From assembly GCA_017439965.1 (NCBI GenBank), contig JAFSID010000079.1:2035-66034 (forward strand): a stretch of DNA of 64,000 bases, given 5' to 3'. Made by a program: the position numbers and the translations under genes. The DNA comes from Clostridia bacterium. Its GTDB lineage: Bacteria > Bacillota > Clostridia > Oscillospirales > SIG627. The notes below the pieces were generated by a model, which saw nothing but the letters and a program-made list of their open reading frames with translations, was not told the DNA's origin and made no database searches. Each line of letters opens with the position of its first letter. Position 1 is the first letter of the stretch. Positions 9,401 to 17,682 of the stretch are shown one piece after another.

Positions 9401-10929
9401 CCGTTTACAAGACCCGAGCTTGCCGCCGCGATAATTGAATTGTAGTAGAAGTGATTCTTCGGTACGTCTGCAAATTCTATAATCTCGTCACTCTCTGCAA
9501 GGTTTGAGGCAAGATATGCAAGCTCAACGAATTCCGCTCTCGTTATAGGCTCGTTAGGCTTATAAGTGGTGTTCTTGTTGCGGAAGAAGAAGCCGCACTG
9601 GTCGAGGTATGCAACAGCATTGTAGAACCAGTCGCCCATCTTGACGTCTTCAAAGCGCGTCACGTATCCGTCGGGAATGGTCTGTGTATTGAGGAGGAGT
9701 CTTGCAAAAATCGTACAAGCCTCGGCCCTCGTCATATTAGCGTTAGGACGGAAGGTGTTGCCCTCATATCCGAGGATGTAGGACTTGTTTGCGCCGTTTT
9801 GCTGAAGAGCGATAGTGGGAAGTCCGTCAACGGTCGTAGGCTCGGTAAGTGTGCCGATGCTGTCGAGGGTCACCGATACCTCACTTGAATCAATATATCC
9901 GAGGGTGGGGGAGAAGTATCTGAAGCTTAAGGTCTTGTTATCCTCGGAAACCTTGGTCATCAGCATAAAGGGACCTTCCTTTTGGTCGATTCCCGCGCTG
10001 CTTGCCATAATTGCCGCCGTGTTATAGCCTGCTTCATTCGTGAGCTTTTTTGTTAAAATAGTATTTACGGGCGTTGCGTTCGTGGAGATGATTGCAAGGA
10101 TGTTGTTGTGCTTTGAAAATGCGTATTGCCACATAGCCTCACCGTCGCGTGGCTTGTCTATGTTTGATATAGTGTAGCCCTTCAGACGCGAGGTGCCGAC
10201 GAGCTTGATACCGCCTTCATTCCAGTCCCACATCGTGTACATCTCGCCCGAAGGGTCAAGGAAGGAGGGGGTATAAACGATAGCGTACTTGTCGGTGTGA
10301 TTAGAAAGCGTTTCATTAAACCAATCGAGCACCGACTGTCTCGGACATACTTCAAGCTGAAATACAATGTATTTAATATCATTGTTTTTGATTACCGTAT
10401 AGTAGTTGGCATCGTCGTATTTTGAATAGACGGTATCCTCGTGAAAGATATCGGCAGGAGCAAAGTAGGTTGATATACTGCTGTCACGACCTCTTGCAGA
10501 GCCGTTGCCGTAGTACTCAACGATGTCGTAGCCGAAACCGTAAGGAATTGCCGTATCGGTCAAAAGCTCGGTCATAGACTGAATACTGTTCCACTCTGCA
10601 TTCCATTCCTTATCGTTCTGGTGAAGCAGAATAAGGTCGTCCATAGTCTTTCCGCCGTTCGTTATTACGTCCTTGTAGGTATGCTTGGAAAGATTGGTAA
10701 GCCTTCCGAGGAAGGAAACGTATTTGATATTGTATTCGTCGGCATTCTCTACAATTGTGTATATTGCCTCCTCAAAGCGTTCTGTACCAACGTGCTTGTA
10801 GAGAGTGTGGAAGCTTGTCAAAAGAAATTCGTTGTCCTTTGCCCAGTCCTCCGTATTTGCCGATACACCGAGAGATAACGCCGTTATCATCACAAGCGTT
10901 AAAATAAGCGCGGTTAATATTTTTTTCAT
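6472..10929 (-). CDS. very large secreted cell-surface protein with three internal SLH repeats (paralog A)
   Basis: 1485 aa. Signal peptide MKKILTALILTLVMITALSLGVSA. Three SLH-type repeats lie mid-protein (YILGYEGNTFRPNANMTRAEACTIFARLL; FEDVKMGDWFYNAVAYL...ITRAEFVELAY; FADVPKNHFYYNSIIAAASSGLVNGYEDATFRPDNTITRAEVVTVVNRLL), encoded around 9320-9785. The ~350-aa N-terminal and ~900-aa C-terminal regions are not recognised. Confidence 0.85.
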   Translation of the reverse strand: MKKILTALILTLVMITALSLGVSANTEDWAKDNEFLLTSFHTLYKHVGTERFEEAIYTIVENADEYNIKYVSFLGRLTNLSKHTYKDVITNGGKTMDDLILLHQNDKEWNAEWNSIQSMTELLTDTAIPYGFGYDIVEYYGNGSARGRDSSISTYFAPADIFHEDTVYSKYDDANYYTVIKNNDIKYIVFQLEVCPRQSVLDWFNETLSNHTDKYAIVYTPSFLDPSGEMYTMWDWNEGGIKLVGTSRLKGYTISNIDKPRDGEAMWQYAFSKHNNILAIISTNATPVNTILTKKLTNEAGYNTAAIMASSAGIDQKEGPFMLMTKVSEDNKTLSFRYFSPTLGYIDSSEVSVTLDSIGTLTEPTTVDGLPTIALQQNGANKSYILGYEGNTFRPNANMTRAEACTIFARLLLNTQTIPDGYVTRFEDVKMGDWFYNAVAYLDQCGFFFRNKNTTYKPNEPITRAEFVELAYLASNLAESDEIIEFADVPKNHFYYNSIIAAASSGLVNGYEDATFRPDNTITRAEVVTVVNRLLNLVVNDETVLADKLENTFVDIGTHWAKLNILMASNSNVSTKNSYTATLDGVSDEGANLIFKNKRMKLSVNKKNGKVTEIINLENGQDVNTETKNPQFIYLSLSGGAKVSPTSITLEGNRIKVTFKTGDVIYMLAYVHDDFMAFELDSSVPKTYESVTFANLSTNLEMLFTPESYRLGSMAMTANVLTHMSGMGASNSSYATVLTKYDWGTIGSKHGFALSTYAENAECLQKLSNTIDRSKGLANVTGGPFSRVNADVSGDYAMLYDATYDNMVNVVKYAKEFDIDQIDILFGPQGYRPGDYYFASLETGTAKEFGDTVGKLAEENGIILSLHTYAFYIDYDAVGILANPKWTRQLETMPDVYTLRGNLTKTKESIKTNEDASGFDMTKSFFYRNSRYIMIDDEIILVGAGTPDGFIKCKRAQCGTKPQKHQDGTKIYHLSGYFNRFAPKIGSELFYHIADLTAQTYNDGRFKMLYIDAIDGLNKHDGATAYTTDHYYYFQMFIHRILSQCNNDPIIEFSSSAPQTWNVRGRVGAWDTATRGIKAFINEHRLINLESERSNMVSTLGWTAFFPDSAPMGGMRNTLHKTMFEDDLDYIGSTAVAYNMSNVYGSFDPKEIDANPEMYANMKYYEFYSRIRKSGYFTEATRQKVMDKIDKGGEFKIIEKAPGEYAFLEMYYAKSNVGNWKDNTAFNGNNPFKTQEPYIRIEGRWSTLSENELLLATFDENTPLSEQKLTQSIGLNLLENMVYKFKVKGTGRDGDALLISLLGGVVSGETGGRIDHFIDLNFEGWREMVIVDADNGDYDFHKYVFDGVKTSGMQYSTYRVVPLYNYIENITIRTCGETAKNAQISSIYAYKQVEAEVKNPTVTVGNNSITFNTTLKGSEYLEFDPATRKAHVHHADQTITEVSSISGSLEIPSGSFNGTYTASATTNAPIRARIVLGFSGGEITN

Positions 10930-10962
10930 CGTTTCCTCCTGAAAATATAAATATTCAATTAT

Positions 10963-10991
10963 ATTATACTTCCTGTATCAACGCTTGTCAA
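10963..10991 (-). promoter_or_regulatory. consensus sigma-A promoter of SLH paralog A
   Basis: Reverse strand reads TTGACA (10986-10991), 17 nt, TATAAT (10963-10968). AGGAGG RBS precedes the ATG at 10929. Confidence 0.65.
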
Positions 10992-11057
10992 TTAAATATC
11001 AACTGAATAATGGGAGATACAAACTGTTATTTTAGATATGATTTTCCTGTATCTTAC

Positions 11058-11100
11058 AAAAAAGTGGCTGTAAAAAGCTCAGTCAGAGCTTTTTACAGCC
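11058..11100 (-). terminator. intrinsic terminator of SLH paralog B
   Basis: Perfect 15-bp stem GGCTGTAAAAAGCTC / GAGCTTTTTACAGCC (11066-11100). On the reverse strand it is followed by TTTTTT (plus A-run 11058-11063). Confidence 0.8.
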
Positions 11101-11111
11101 AATAAAAGCAA

Positions 11112-14100
11112 TCAGTTTGTAATTTCAATTCCGGAGAAGCCGAAGACAACCTTTGCACGAACGGGTGCATCAGTCTCTGCGGTTGCGGTGTACGTACCGT
11201 TGAAGCTTCCTGTGGGTATCTCAAGCTTACCCGAATAGGTGATTTCGGTCACACTTTGGTCAGCCTTGGTAAGATACGCCTTGCGTGTTACGGGATCGAA
11301 CTCGATAAAGTCACTTCCTTGAAGTGTTGCGTTAAAGGTGATTGAGGAATTACCAACGGTAATGGTGGGATTCTTGACGGGCGCTTCTGTCTGTAAGTAG
11401 CCCTTGATAGGAGTGATATAAGCGTTGCCCGCGGTTGCACCGCAAAGTCTTACGGTTACCTTGTTGATATGCTTGTAACCGGGGACGGTACGGTAGGTTG
11501 AATACTGCATACCCGTTGTGTTGATGCCGTCAAAGGTGTACTTGTCGGTATCGTATTCGGCGTTGTCTGAGTCAAGAATTACGAAGTCACGCCAGCCCGT
11601 GAAGTTGAGGTCGATAAAGTGGTCGATACGTCCGCCCGACTCACCTGCGGTAAGCGCACCTGTGAGTGAAATGAGCATTGCGTCTCCTTCGTTGCCCGTA
11701 CCCTTGACCTTGAACTTCATAACCATATTATTATCCATCTTAACTGAGGTAACACGACCAAGAGTCTGATTTGAGAGAGGCTTGTCCTCCTCAAAGCCCG
11801 AGATTACAACCTCGTTTTCGGAGAGGGTTGACCAACGTCCTTCGATTCGGATAAAGGGCTCCTGAGTCTTGAAGGGGTTCTTGCCCGTGAAGGAGGTGTC
11901 GTTGAGTACGTTACCTACGTTGTACTTGCTGTAATACATTTCAAGAAATGCGTACTCGCCCTTGGATTTCTCAATTATTTTGAATTCTCCACCGTGGTCA
12001 ATAACCTTCTGCTTTGCCTCAGCAGTAAAGTACTCGGATTTACGGATTGTGTTGTAATATGCGTAGTATTCAAGGTTGCTCTGATACTGAGGATTTTTGT
12101 CTACCGACGACGCATTAAAGGAGTAGAGAACGTTACCCATATTATAGAGTACCGCAAGAGTACCCATATAATCGATGTCGTCACGGAAGAGGGTCTTTTC
12201 GATTGTGTTTCTCATACCCGAGGTCGCAGAGGAGTCGGGGAAGAAGTGGAACCAACCGATGTTAGTTGTGAAGTTGTACTGCGCATCTCTGAGGTTTACG
12301 TCAAGGTGTGCCTTAACGAACTGCTTATAGCCACGAGTGGGAGTATCCCAAGCGCCCATTCGTCCTCTTACGTTCCACATCTGCGGAGCGGAAGCCGAGA
12401 ACTCAATGATCGGGTCGTCGTGACAGCCCTGAAGTATTCTCTGGGTGTAGGTCTGATAATAATATTTGGTATCGTTTGCGTTGTTGGTATGATGACCGAT
12501 ACCGTCGATAGCGTCAAGATAAATCATCGAGAAGCCACCGTCGTTGTAGGTCTGCGCCGTAAGGTCTGCCATATGGTAGAAAAGCTCAGAGCCCATAACG
12601 GGTGAGAATCTTGAGAAGTATCCCGAGAGGTGATATATCTTCGTACCGTCTGTGTGCTTCTGCGGTTTTGTACCGCACTGCGCACGCTTAACGTTGATAA
12701 AGCCCTCCGTCGTACCCTGACCGACGTAAATGATTTCCTCGTCAATCAGAATGTAACGGCTGTTTTTATAGAAGAAGGTCTCGGTAGTATCAAAATTCGT
12801 TGCATCCTCGTTGGTCTTGATGTTTACCTTCGTCTTTGTAAGGTTACCTCTGAGAGTGTATACGTCGGGCATTCTTTCAAGCTGTTGCTGCCACTTGGGA
12901 TTTGCGGTAATGCCCGTTGCATTGTAGTCGATGTAGTAAGCGTAAACGTGGAGACCGAGAAGGATTCCGTTGTCCTCTGCAAGCTTACCAATCGTCTGAC
13001 CGAATTCCTTTGCTGTGCCGTTAGGCATAGTGGGGAAGTAGAAGTCACCCTGACGGAAGGAGCTTGTATTGTTGTGGTGAATATCGATCTGGTTGATATT
13101 GAACTGCTTTGCCTTTTCGATAACCGCCTTCATATTCTCTTCGGTAGCGTTGGTGATAAGGATATAGTCACCCGCGGTGTCCTTATTGAGATAGGTGAAG
13201 GGACCGCCCGTCGTGTTAGCAAGACCTTTCTTGCGGTCGATTGCGTTTGCAACGAGTCTGAGGCAGTCGTCATTTTCCTCAAGCGTTGAAAGTGCAAAGC
13301 CGTGCTTAGAGCCAATCGTACCTGCCGCGTACTTCGTATAAACGGTAGCGTAGGTGGAGTTAGAGTAGCCCATACCCTTGTCAACGGTAAACACGTTAGC
13401 CGTCATAGCCATCGTACCGAGACGGTAGGAGTCGGGATCGGTAAGCATTTCAAGGCTTGTTGAAAGGTTGGCAAAGGTGATGCTTTCGTAGGATACAGGC
13501 ACCTGAGAATCAAGCTCAAACGCCATATAGTCGTCGTGAATGTCGGCTATAAGATATACGACGTCACCCGATTTGAAGGTAACCTTTATTCTGTTGCCCT
13601 CAATAACCATTTCCCTGGGAACTGACTTCGTTCCACCCGGATTGGAAAGATAAACGAACTGAGGGTTCTTCGTATCACCCTTAATGCTCTGTCCGTTGGC
13701 AAGGTTGATGATATCGTCAACCTGACCGTTTCTCTTGTTAACGGTAATCTTTATTCTCTTATTCTGGAAAACGATGTTGTTACCGGCCTCGGAAACACCG
13801 TTGAGGGTAGCCGAGTAGGAGCTTTTCGTTGATACGTTGGAGTTTGCCGCCATAAGTACGTTGAGCCTTGCCCAGTGGGAGCCGATATCAACGAAATTGT
13901 TTTCAAGCTTTTCGGGAATAACTGTATCTGCGGATACTGCGAGGTTTAAAAGACGGTTGATAACCGTTACGACCTCGGCACGCGTGATAGTATTGTCGGG
14001 ACGGAAGGTATTGTCCTCATATCCGTTTACAAGACTTGTTGAGGCTGCCGCAACGATTGAATTATAATAGAAGTGATCCTTGGGAACGTCGGTGAAGGAA

Positions 14101-15554
14101 ACCGTTGCGGTGCCCTCTCCGAGATTTGAGGCGAGGTACGCAAGGTCAACGAATTCAGCTCTCGTTATAGGCTGATTGGGCTTGTAGACGGTATTCTTGT
14201 TGCGGAAGAAGAAACCGCTCTGGTCAAGGTATGCTACCGCATTGTAGAACCAATCTCCCGCTTTAACGTCCTCAAAGCGAGTAACGTATCCGTCGGGAAT
14301 GGTCTGAGTGCCGAGAAGGAGTCTTGCAAAAATCGTACAAGCCTCAGCTCTCGTCATATTTGCGTTAGGACGGAAGGTGTTACCCTCGTAGCCTAAAATG
14401 TACGCGCTGTTAGTACCGTTGGGCTGACGGGTGATAGTGGGAAGACCGTCAATGGTAAGAGGCTCGGTAAGAGCTGCAATTTTATCAAGCGTTACCGTAA
14501 CCTCACTGTCTGCAACGTAGCCTGTTTCGGGCGCAAAGAAGCGGAAGGAAAGAGTCTTGTTATCCTCCGAAATTTTCGTCATAACCGTAAAGGGACCCGT
14601 TGCCTTGTCAATGACCGAGGTGTTAGCCTGAACGGAAACCGTTTCATAGCCATTGGGATTTGTAAGCTTTTTGACGTTGATCTTGGGGCTTGCAATGTTA
14701 GAGGAAGAGAAAACCGCAAGAATGTTATCGTGCTTTGAGAATGCGTATTCCCAAAGGGCTTCACCGTCACGTGGCTGACCGACGTGTGCAAGAGATACAC
14801 CTGCCACACGTGAGGTTTTACCCTTGATGTCTATGCCACCCTTAGACCAATCCCACATAGTGTAAAGCTCACCGCTCGGCTGCATAAACGAGGGTGTGTA
14901 TACTATTGCGTACTTGTCGGTGTGCTTTGCAAGGGTATCGTTAAACCAGTCAAGCACTGCTTCTCTCGGGAATATTTCGAGCTGGAAGATTATGTATTTC
15001 GTACCGTTGTTTGAAATGATTGAATAGTAGTTTGCATCGTCGTATGCCGAGAAAATAACTCCCTCGGGAAAGATTTCAATCGGCTGGAAGTAAACGAACT
15101 GACTGCTGTCTCTCTGACGTGCGGTACCGTTGGAGTAAATATCCGATACGTCGTAGCCCAGACCGTAGGGAATACCCATATCGGTCAAGAGTTCCGTCAT
15201 ATTCTTGAGAGCCTGCCACTGAGCGTTCCATTCCGCATCGTTCTGATGGAGTGTTACAAGCTCGTCAACCGACTTCTTCTGCTCGGTAACAACTGAACGG
15301 TAGGTATGTACGGAGGGTCTTGTGAGCTTTCCGAGGAAGGATATATACTTGATATTATACGCCTCTGCATTCTCACCGAGCGTATAAATTGCCTCCTCAA
15401 AGCTGGGCTTGTCTACGTGGTTGTCAAGGGTATGGAAGCTTGCGAGTATGAACTCGTTGTCCTTTGCCCAATCCTCCTTTGCAGCAAACGCATATACGCC
15501 AAGCGTTGCCACCAAAAGAACTGCAACCAGAAGTGACGTGAAAATTCTTTTCAT
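11112..15554 (-). CDS. very large secreted cell-surface protein with three internal SLH repeats (paralog B)
   Basis: 1480 aa, collinear with paralog A along its whole length and roughly two-thirds identical by eye. Signal peptide MKRIFTSLLVAVLLVATLGVYAFA. The SLH triplet is encoded around 13930-14400. Confidence 0.85.
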   Translation of the reverse strand: MKRIFTSLLVAVLLVATLGVYAFAAKEDWAKDNEFILASFHTLDNHVDKPSFEEAIYTLGENAEAYNIKYISFLGKLTRPSVHTYRSVVTEQKKSVDELVTLHQNDAEWNAQWQALKNMTELLTDMGIPYGLGYDVSDIYSNGTARQRDSSQFVYFQPIEIFPEGVIFSAYDDANYYSIISNNGTKYIIFQLEIFPREAVLDWFNDTLAKHTDKYAIVYTPSFMQPSGELYTMWDWSKGGIDIKGKTSRVAGVSLAHVGQPRDGEALWEYAFSKHDNILAVFSSSNIASPKINVKKLTNPNGYETVSVQANTSVIDKATGPFTVMTKISEDNKTLSFRFFAPETGYVADSEVTVTLDKIAALTEPLTIDGLPTITRQPNGTNSAYILGYEGNTFRPNANMTRAEACTIFARLLLGTQTIPDGYVTRFEDVKAGDWFYNAVAYLDQSGFFFRNKNTVYKPNQPITRAEFVDLAYLASNLGEGTATVSFTDVPKDHFYYNSIVAAASTSLVNGYEDNTFRPDNTITRAEVVTVINRLLNLAVSADTVIPEKLENNFVDIGSHWARLNVLMAANSNVSTKSSYSATLNGVSEAGNNIVFQNKRIKITVNKRNGQVDDIINLANGQSIKGDTKNPQFVYLSNPGGTKSVPREMVIEGNRIKVTFKSGDVVYLIADIHDDYMAFELDSQVPVSYESITFANLSTSLEMLTDPDSYRLGTMAMTANVFTVDKGMGYSNSTYATVYTKYAAGTIGSKHGFALSTLEENDDCLRLVANAIDRKKGLANTTGGPFTYLNKDTAGDYILITNATEENMKAVIEKAKQFNINQIDIHHNNTSSFRQGDFYFPTMPNGTAKEFGQTIGKLAEDNGILLGLHVYAYYIDYNATGITANPKWQQQLERMPDVYTLRGNLTKTKVNIKTNEDATNFDTTETFFYKNSRYILIDEEIIYVGQGTTEGFINVKRAQCGTKPQKHTDGTKIYHLSGYFSRFSPVMGSELFYHMADLTAQTYNDGGFSMIYLDAIDGIGHHTNNANDTKYYYQTYTQRILQGCHDDPIIEFSASAPQMWNVRGRMGAWDTPTRGYKQFVKAHLDVNLRDAQYNFTTNIGWFHFFPDSSATSGMRNTIEKTLFRDDIDYMGTLAVLYNMGNVLYSFNASSVDKNPQYQSNLEYYAYYNTIRKSEYFTAEAKQKVIDHGGEFKIIEKSKGEYAFLEMYYSKYNVGNVLNDTSFTGKNPFKTQEPFIRIEGRWSTLSENEVVISGFEEDKPLSNQTLGRVTSVKMDNNMVMKFKVKGTGNEGDAMLISLTGALTAGESGGRIDHFIDLNFTGWRDFVILDSDNAEYDTDKYTFDGINTTGMQYSTYRTVPGYKHINKVTVRLCGATAGNAYITPIKGYLQTEAPVKNPTITVGNSSITFNATLQGSDFIEFDPVTRKAYLTKADQSVTEITYSGKLEIPTGSFNGTYTATAETDAPVRAKVVFGFSGIEITN

Positions 15555-15595
15555 TTTGCTTCTCCTTATTGTAGTAAATTTTATTATCTTAAATA

Positions 15596-15624
15596 ATTAT
15601 ACGGCTTATAAAAAACATTGTCAA
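15596..15624 (-). promoter_or_regulatory. consensus sigma-A promoter of SLH paralog B
   Basis: Reverse strand reads TTGACA (15619-15624), 17 nt, TATAAT (15596-15601). AAGGAG RBS precedes the ATG at 15554. Confidence 0.65.
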
Positions 15625-15663
15625 TGGGAATAAATTCCCGTTTTATGTATTATTGAGTAACGG

Positions 15664-16518
15664 TTAAAAGGTAACTGTACGGGTCTTTGTCTGTCTCTCG
15701 TTGGGTAAAAGAGTCATAATGGCAGCCTTTTCGGTAATATCCGAGCCTGCGTCAAAGTAGTCGGAAAGTCCGCACCAGGGCTCAAGACAGATGAATTTTG
15801 CGCCTACCTTCGTCCATATCATAAAGTAGTCGAAGCCGTCAAATCCGATTTCGATAGTGTCGCCCGTATCTCTGTTTTTAAGCCACGCCTTTCTTGACTT
15901 GAGATTCAAGAATGCAAGAGTGTCAAGCTCAAAGAATTCCTCCTTAAGCTGAAGCTCGGTGGTATTTTTTCCAAAATTCATAAGCTCGTGACCGAGCACG
16001 GGACCGACGAGAAGATTTGAGTCAAGGTCCTCGGGCTGCTCAAAAATAACGCTGTATGAATTAACTCCCTCGGGACAGCTGTACGCATCGTGTCCGCCGA
16101 GAGAATAGTACATATTTTCCTCTCCCGTGTTCTTGGTGTCGTATGTAATCGAGAGCGTTGAGCCGTTTATAGAATACTTTACTCTGAACTCAAAGTGGAA
16201 GGGATAGCACTTGAGTGTCTCCTCGCTTGAGCGGAGAAGGAAGGTTGCCGAGGTCTCGGTCTTTTCTTCAACCTCAAAGAGACTCGTACGGGCAAAGCCG
16301 TGACGGGTGAGGGAATAGCTTTCTCCCTTGTAGGTGTAGGTGTCGTTGTTGAGTCCTCCGCAAATCGGGAAGAGAGTAGGCGCGTGCTTTGCCCAAACCT
16401 CTGGGTCTGCCTGCCATATCTTTTCAACCCCGTTCTTTATAACGCTTGTCATTTCAGCGCCGAGAGAGGTGACTGATACCTTGATTATTCCGTTTGATAA
16501 TACTACTTGCTCTGCCAT
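15664..16518 (-). CDS. aldose 1-epimerase family protein (LacX/galactose mutarotase-like)
   Basis: 284 aa. Motifs LFPICGGL, YSLTRHGFAR and a later GGHDAY-type segment are typical of the small aldose-epimerase family. Confidence 0.75.
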   Translation of the reverse strand: MAEQVVLSNGIIKVSVTSLGAEMTSVIKNGVEKIWQADPEVWAKHAPTLFPICGGLNNDTYTYKGESYSLTRHGFARTSLFEVEEKTETSATFLLRSSEETLKCYPFHFEFRVKYSINGSTLSITYDTKNTGEENMYYSLGGHDAYSCPEGVNSYSVIFEQPEDLDSNLLVGPVLGHELMNFGKNTTELQLKEEFFELDTLAFLNLKSRKAWLKNRDTGDTIEIGFDGFDYFMIWTKVGAKFICLEPWCGLSDYFDAGSDITEKAAIMTLLPNERQTKTRTVTF

Positions 16519-16726
16519 TTTGGTTTTCCTTTCATTTTTCGTTGATACAATTGATATAATTATACATTATTTTTTCAAAAAAATCAAATTATTTGTGTAA
16601 ATTGTTGCTATTATAAGTGTAGCATTATTTTTTTGGTTTGTATATAGTCAAATTTGCTAACTGTTTGCACTTTTCTGCTATTGACAAAGAAGCTTAAAAC
16701 TGTTAAAGTATTTGTGAGGTGATTTT

Positions 16727-17518
16727 ATGCTGTCCTTTGATTATTTACATATAAACAGTTGTGGGTATCAAGACCTATACGGTATTGATACGGGTAGCTT
16801 CCGTCCGAGAGGCAGAGCAGATTATCATTTGCTTTATATTACCGAGGGTGTTTGCTTTGTCAATTTTAACGGAAAAATCGTTGAGGTAAAAGCGGGCTGC
16901 ATTTTACTTTTTCTGCCGTATGAAATTCAGGATTACCGTTTTAAAGCCGAAATACGCTCACGCTCATATTACATCCATTTTGACGGAGCGGTATGTCCTG
17001 AGCTTTTTAACGATTTTACCGAGAGGCTTTATTACGTCGGTAAGAACAATCATCTTGAAGCCCTCTTTAGCTCTATGACCGAGGAATACCGTGTGAAGCT
17101 CTTGGCATGGGAATCGGCTTGTCAAGGGTATCTGCTCAATATTATTTCTGCCGTTAAGCGTGAGATAAATATGATAACCTCAAAAACGGGCGAGGCATCC
17201 TGTGATATGATTTCAAGAATATGCAGGGAAATGCACTCAAGCTACGCTAAAAACGTCTCCGTTCCCGAGTACGCCTCAATGTGTAATCTAAGCGAAAGCC
17301 GTTTTTCTCATTTGTTTAAAATCAATACGGGCGTCAGTCCCGTAAGATATATTCTCAATATCCGTATTGAAAAGGCTTGTGACCTGCTCGAAAATACCGA
17401 TTTGTCAATTGCCTCTATATCAGAGCTTACGGGTATGCAGAGTCAACACTATTTAAGCCGTATCTTTAAAAAGTATATCGGTATGTCACCAAGCGATTAC
17501 CGTAAAAAATTTCAGTAA
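16727..17518 (+). CDS. AraC family transcriptional regulator
   Basis: 263 aa. N-terminal cupin-like sensor domain and a C-terminal double HTH (...SESRFSHLFKINTGVSPVRYILNIRIEKACDLLENTDLSIASISELTGMQSQHYLSRIFKKYIGMSPSDYRK). Confidence 0.85.
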   Translation: MLSFDYLHINSCGYQDLYGIDTGSFRPRGRADYHLLYITEGVCFVNFNGKIVEVKAGCILLFLPYEIQDYRFKAEIRSRSYYIHFDGAVCPELFNDFTERLYYVGKNNHLEALFSSMTEEYRVKLLAWESACQGYLLNIISAVKREINMITSKTGEASCDMISRICREMHSSYAKNVSVPEYASMCNLSESRFSHLFKINTGVSPVRYILNIRIEKACDLLENTDLSIASISELTGMQSQHYLSRIFKKYIGMSPSDYRKKFQ

Positions 17519-17564
17519 GCGACAGATTTTAGGACGGATTTATTCTATCTTTTTAAAAAAACAC

Positions 17565-17596
17565 TTGACAATATATATATATATATATAATATAAT
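17565..17596 (+). promoter_or_regulatory. promoter of the TasA-like gene with a dinucleotide repeat as spacer
   Basis: TTGACA (17565-17570), then AT x9 plus AA (17571-17590), then TATAAT (17591-17596). The spacer is 20 nt as sequenced. Confidence 0.5.
17571..17588 (+). repeat. (AT)9 microsatellite
   Basis: Read directly: atatatatatatatatat at 17571-17588. Confidence 0.95.
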
Positions 17597-17682
17597 GGTA
17601 AAAGGGAACAGCTTTCTGTATGGAAATTACGGTATGTGGGTATCCGTTTTTCAATAATATTTATTCTAAAAGGAGAAAAACA

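Noticed and set aside
6907-15536. Many 60-220-aa plus-strand ORFs inside the two giant minus-strand SLH genes
   Set aside because: All lie within the two continuous 1480-aa reading frames, which have signal peptides, promoters and paralog support. No independent start signals are present.
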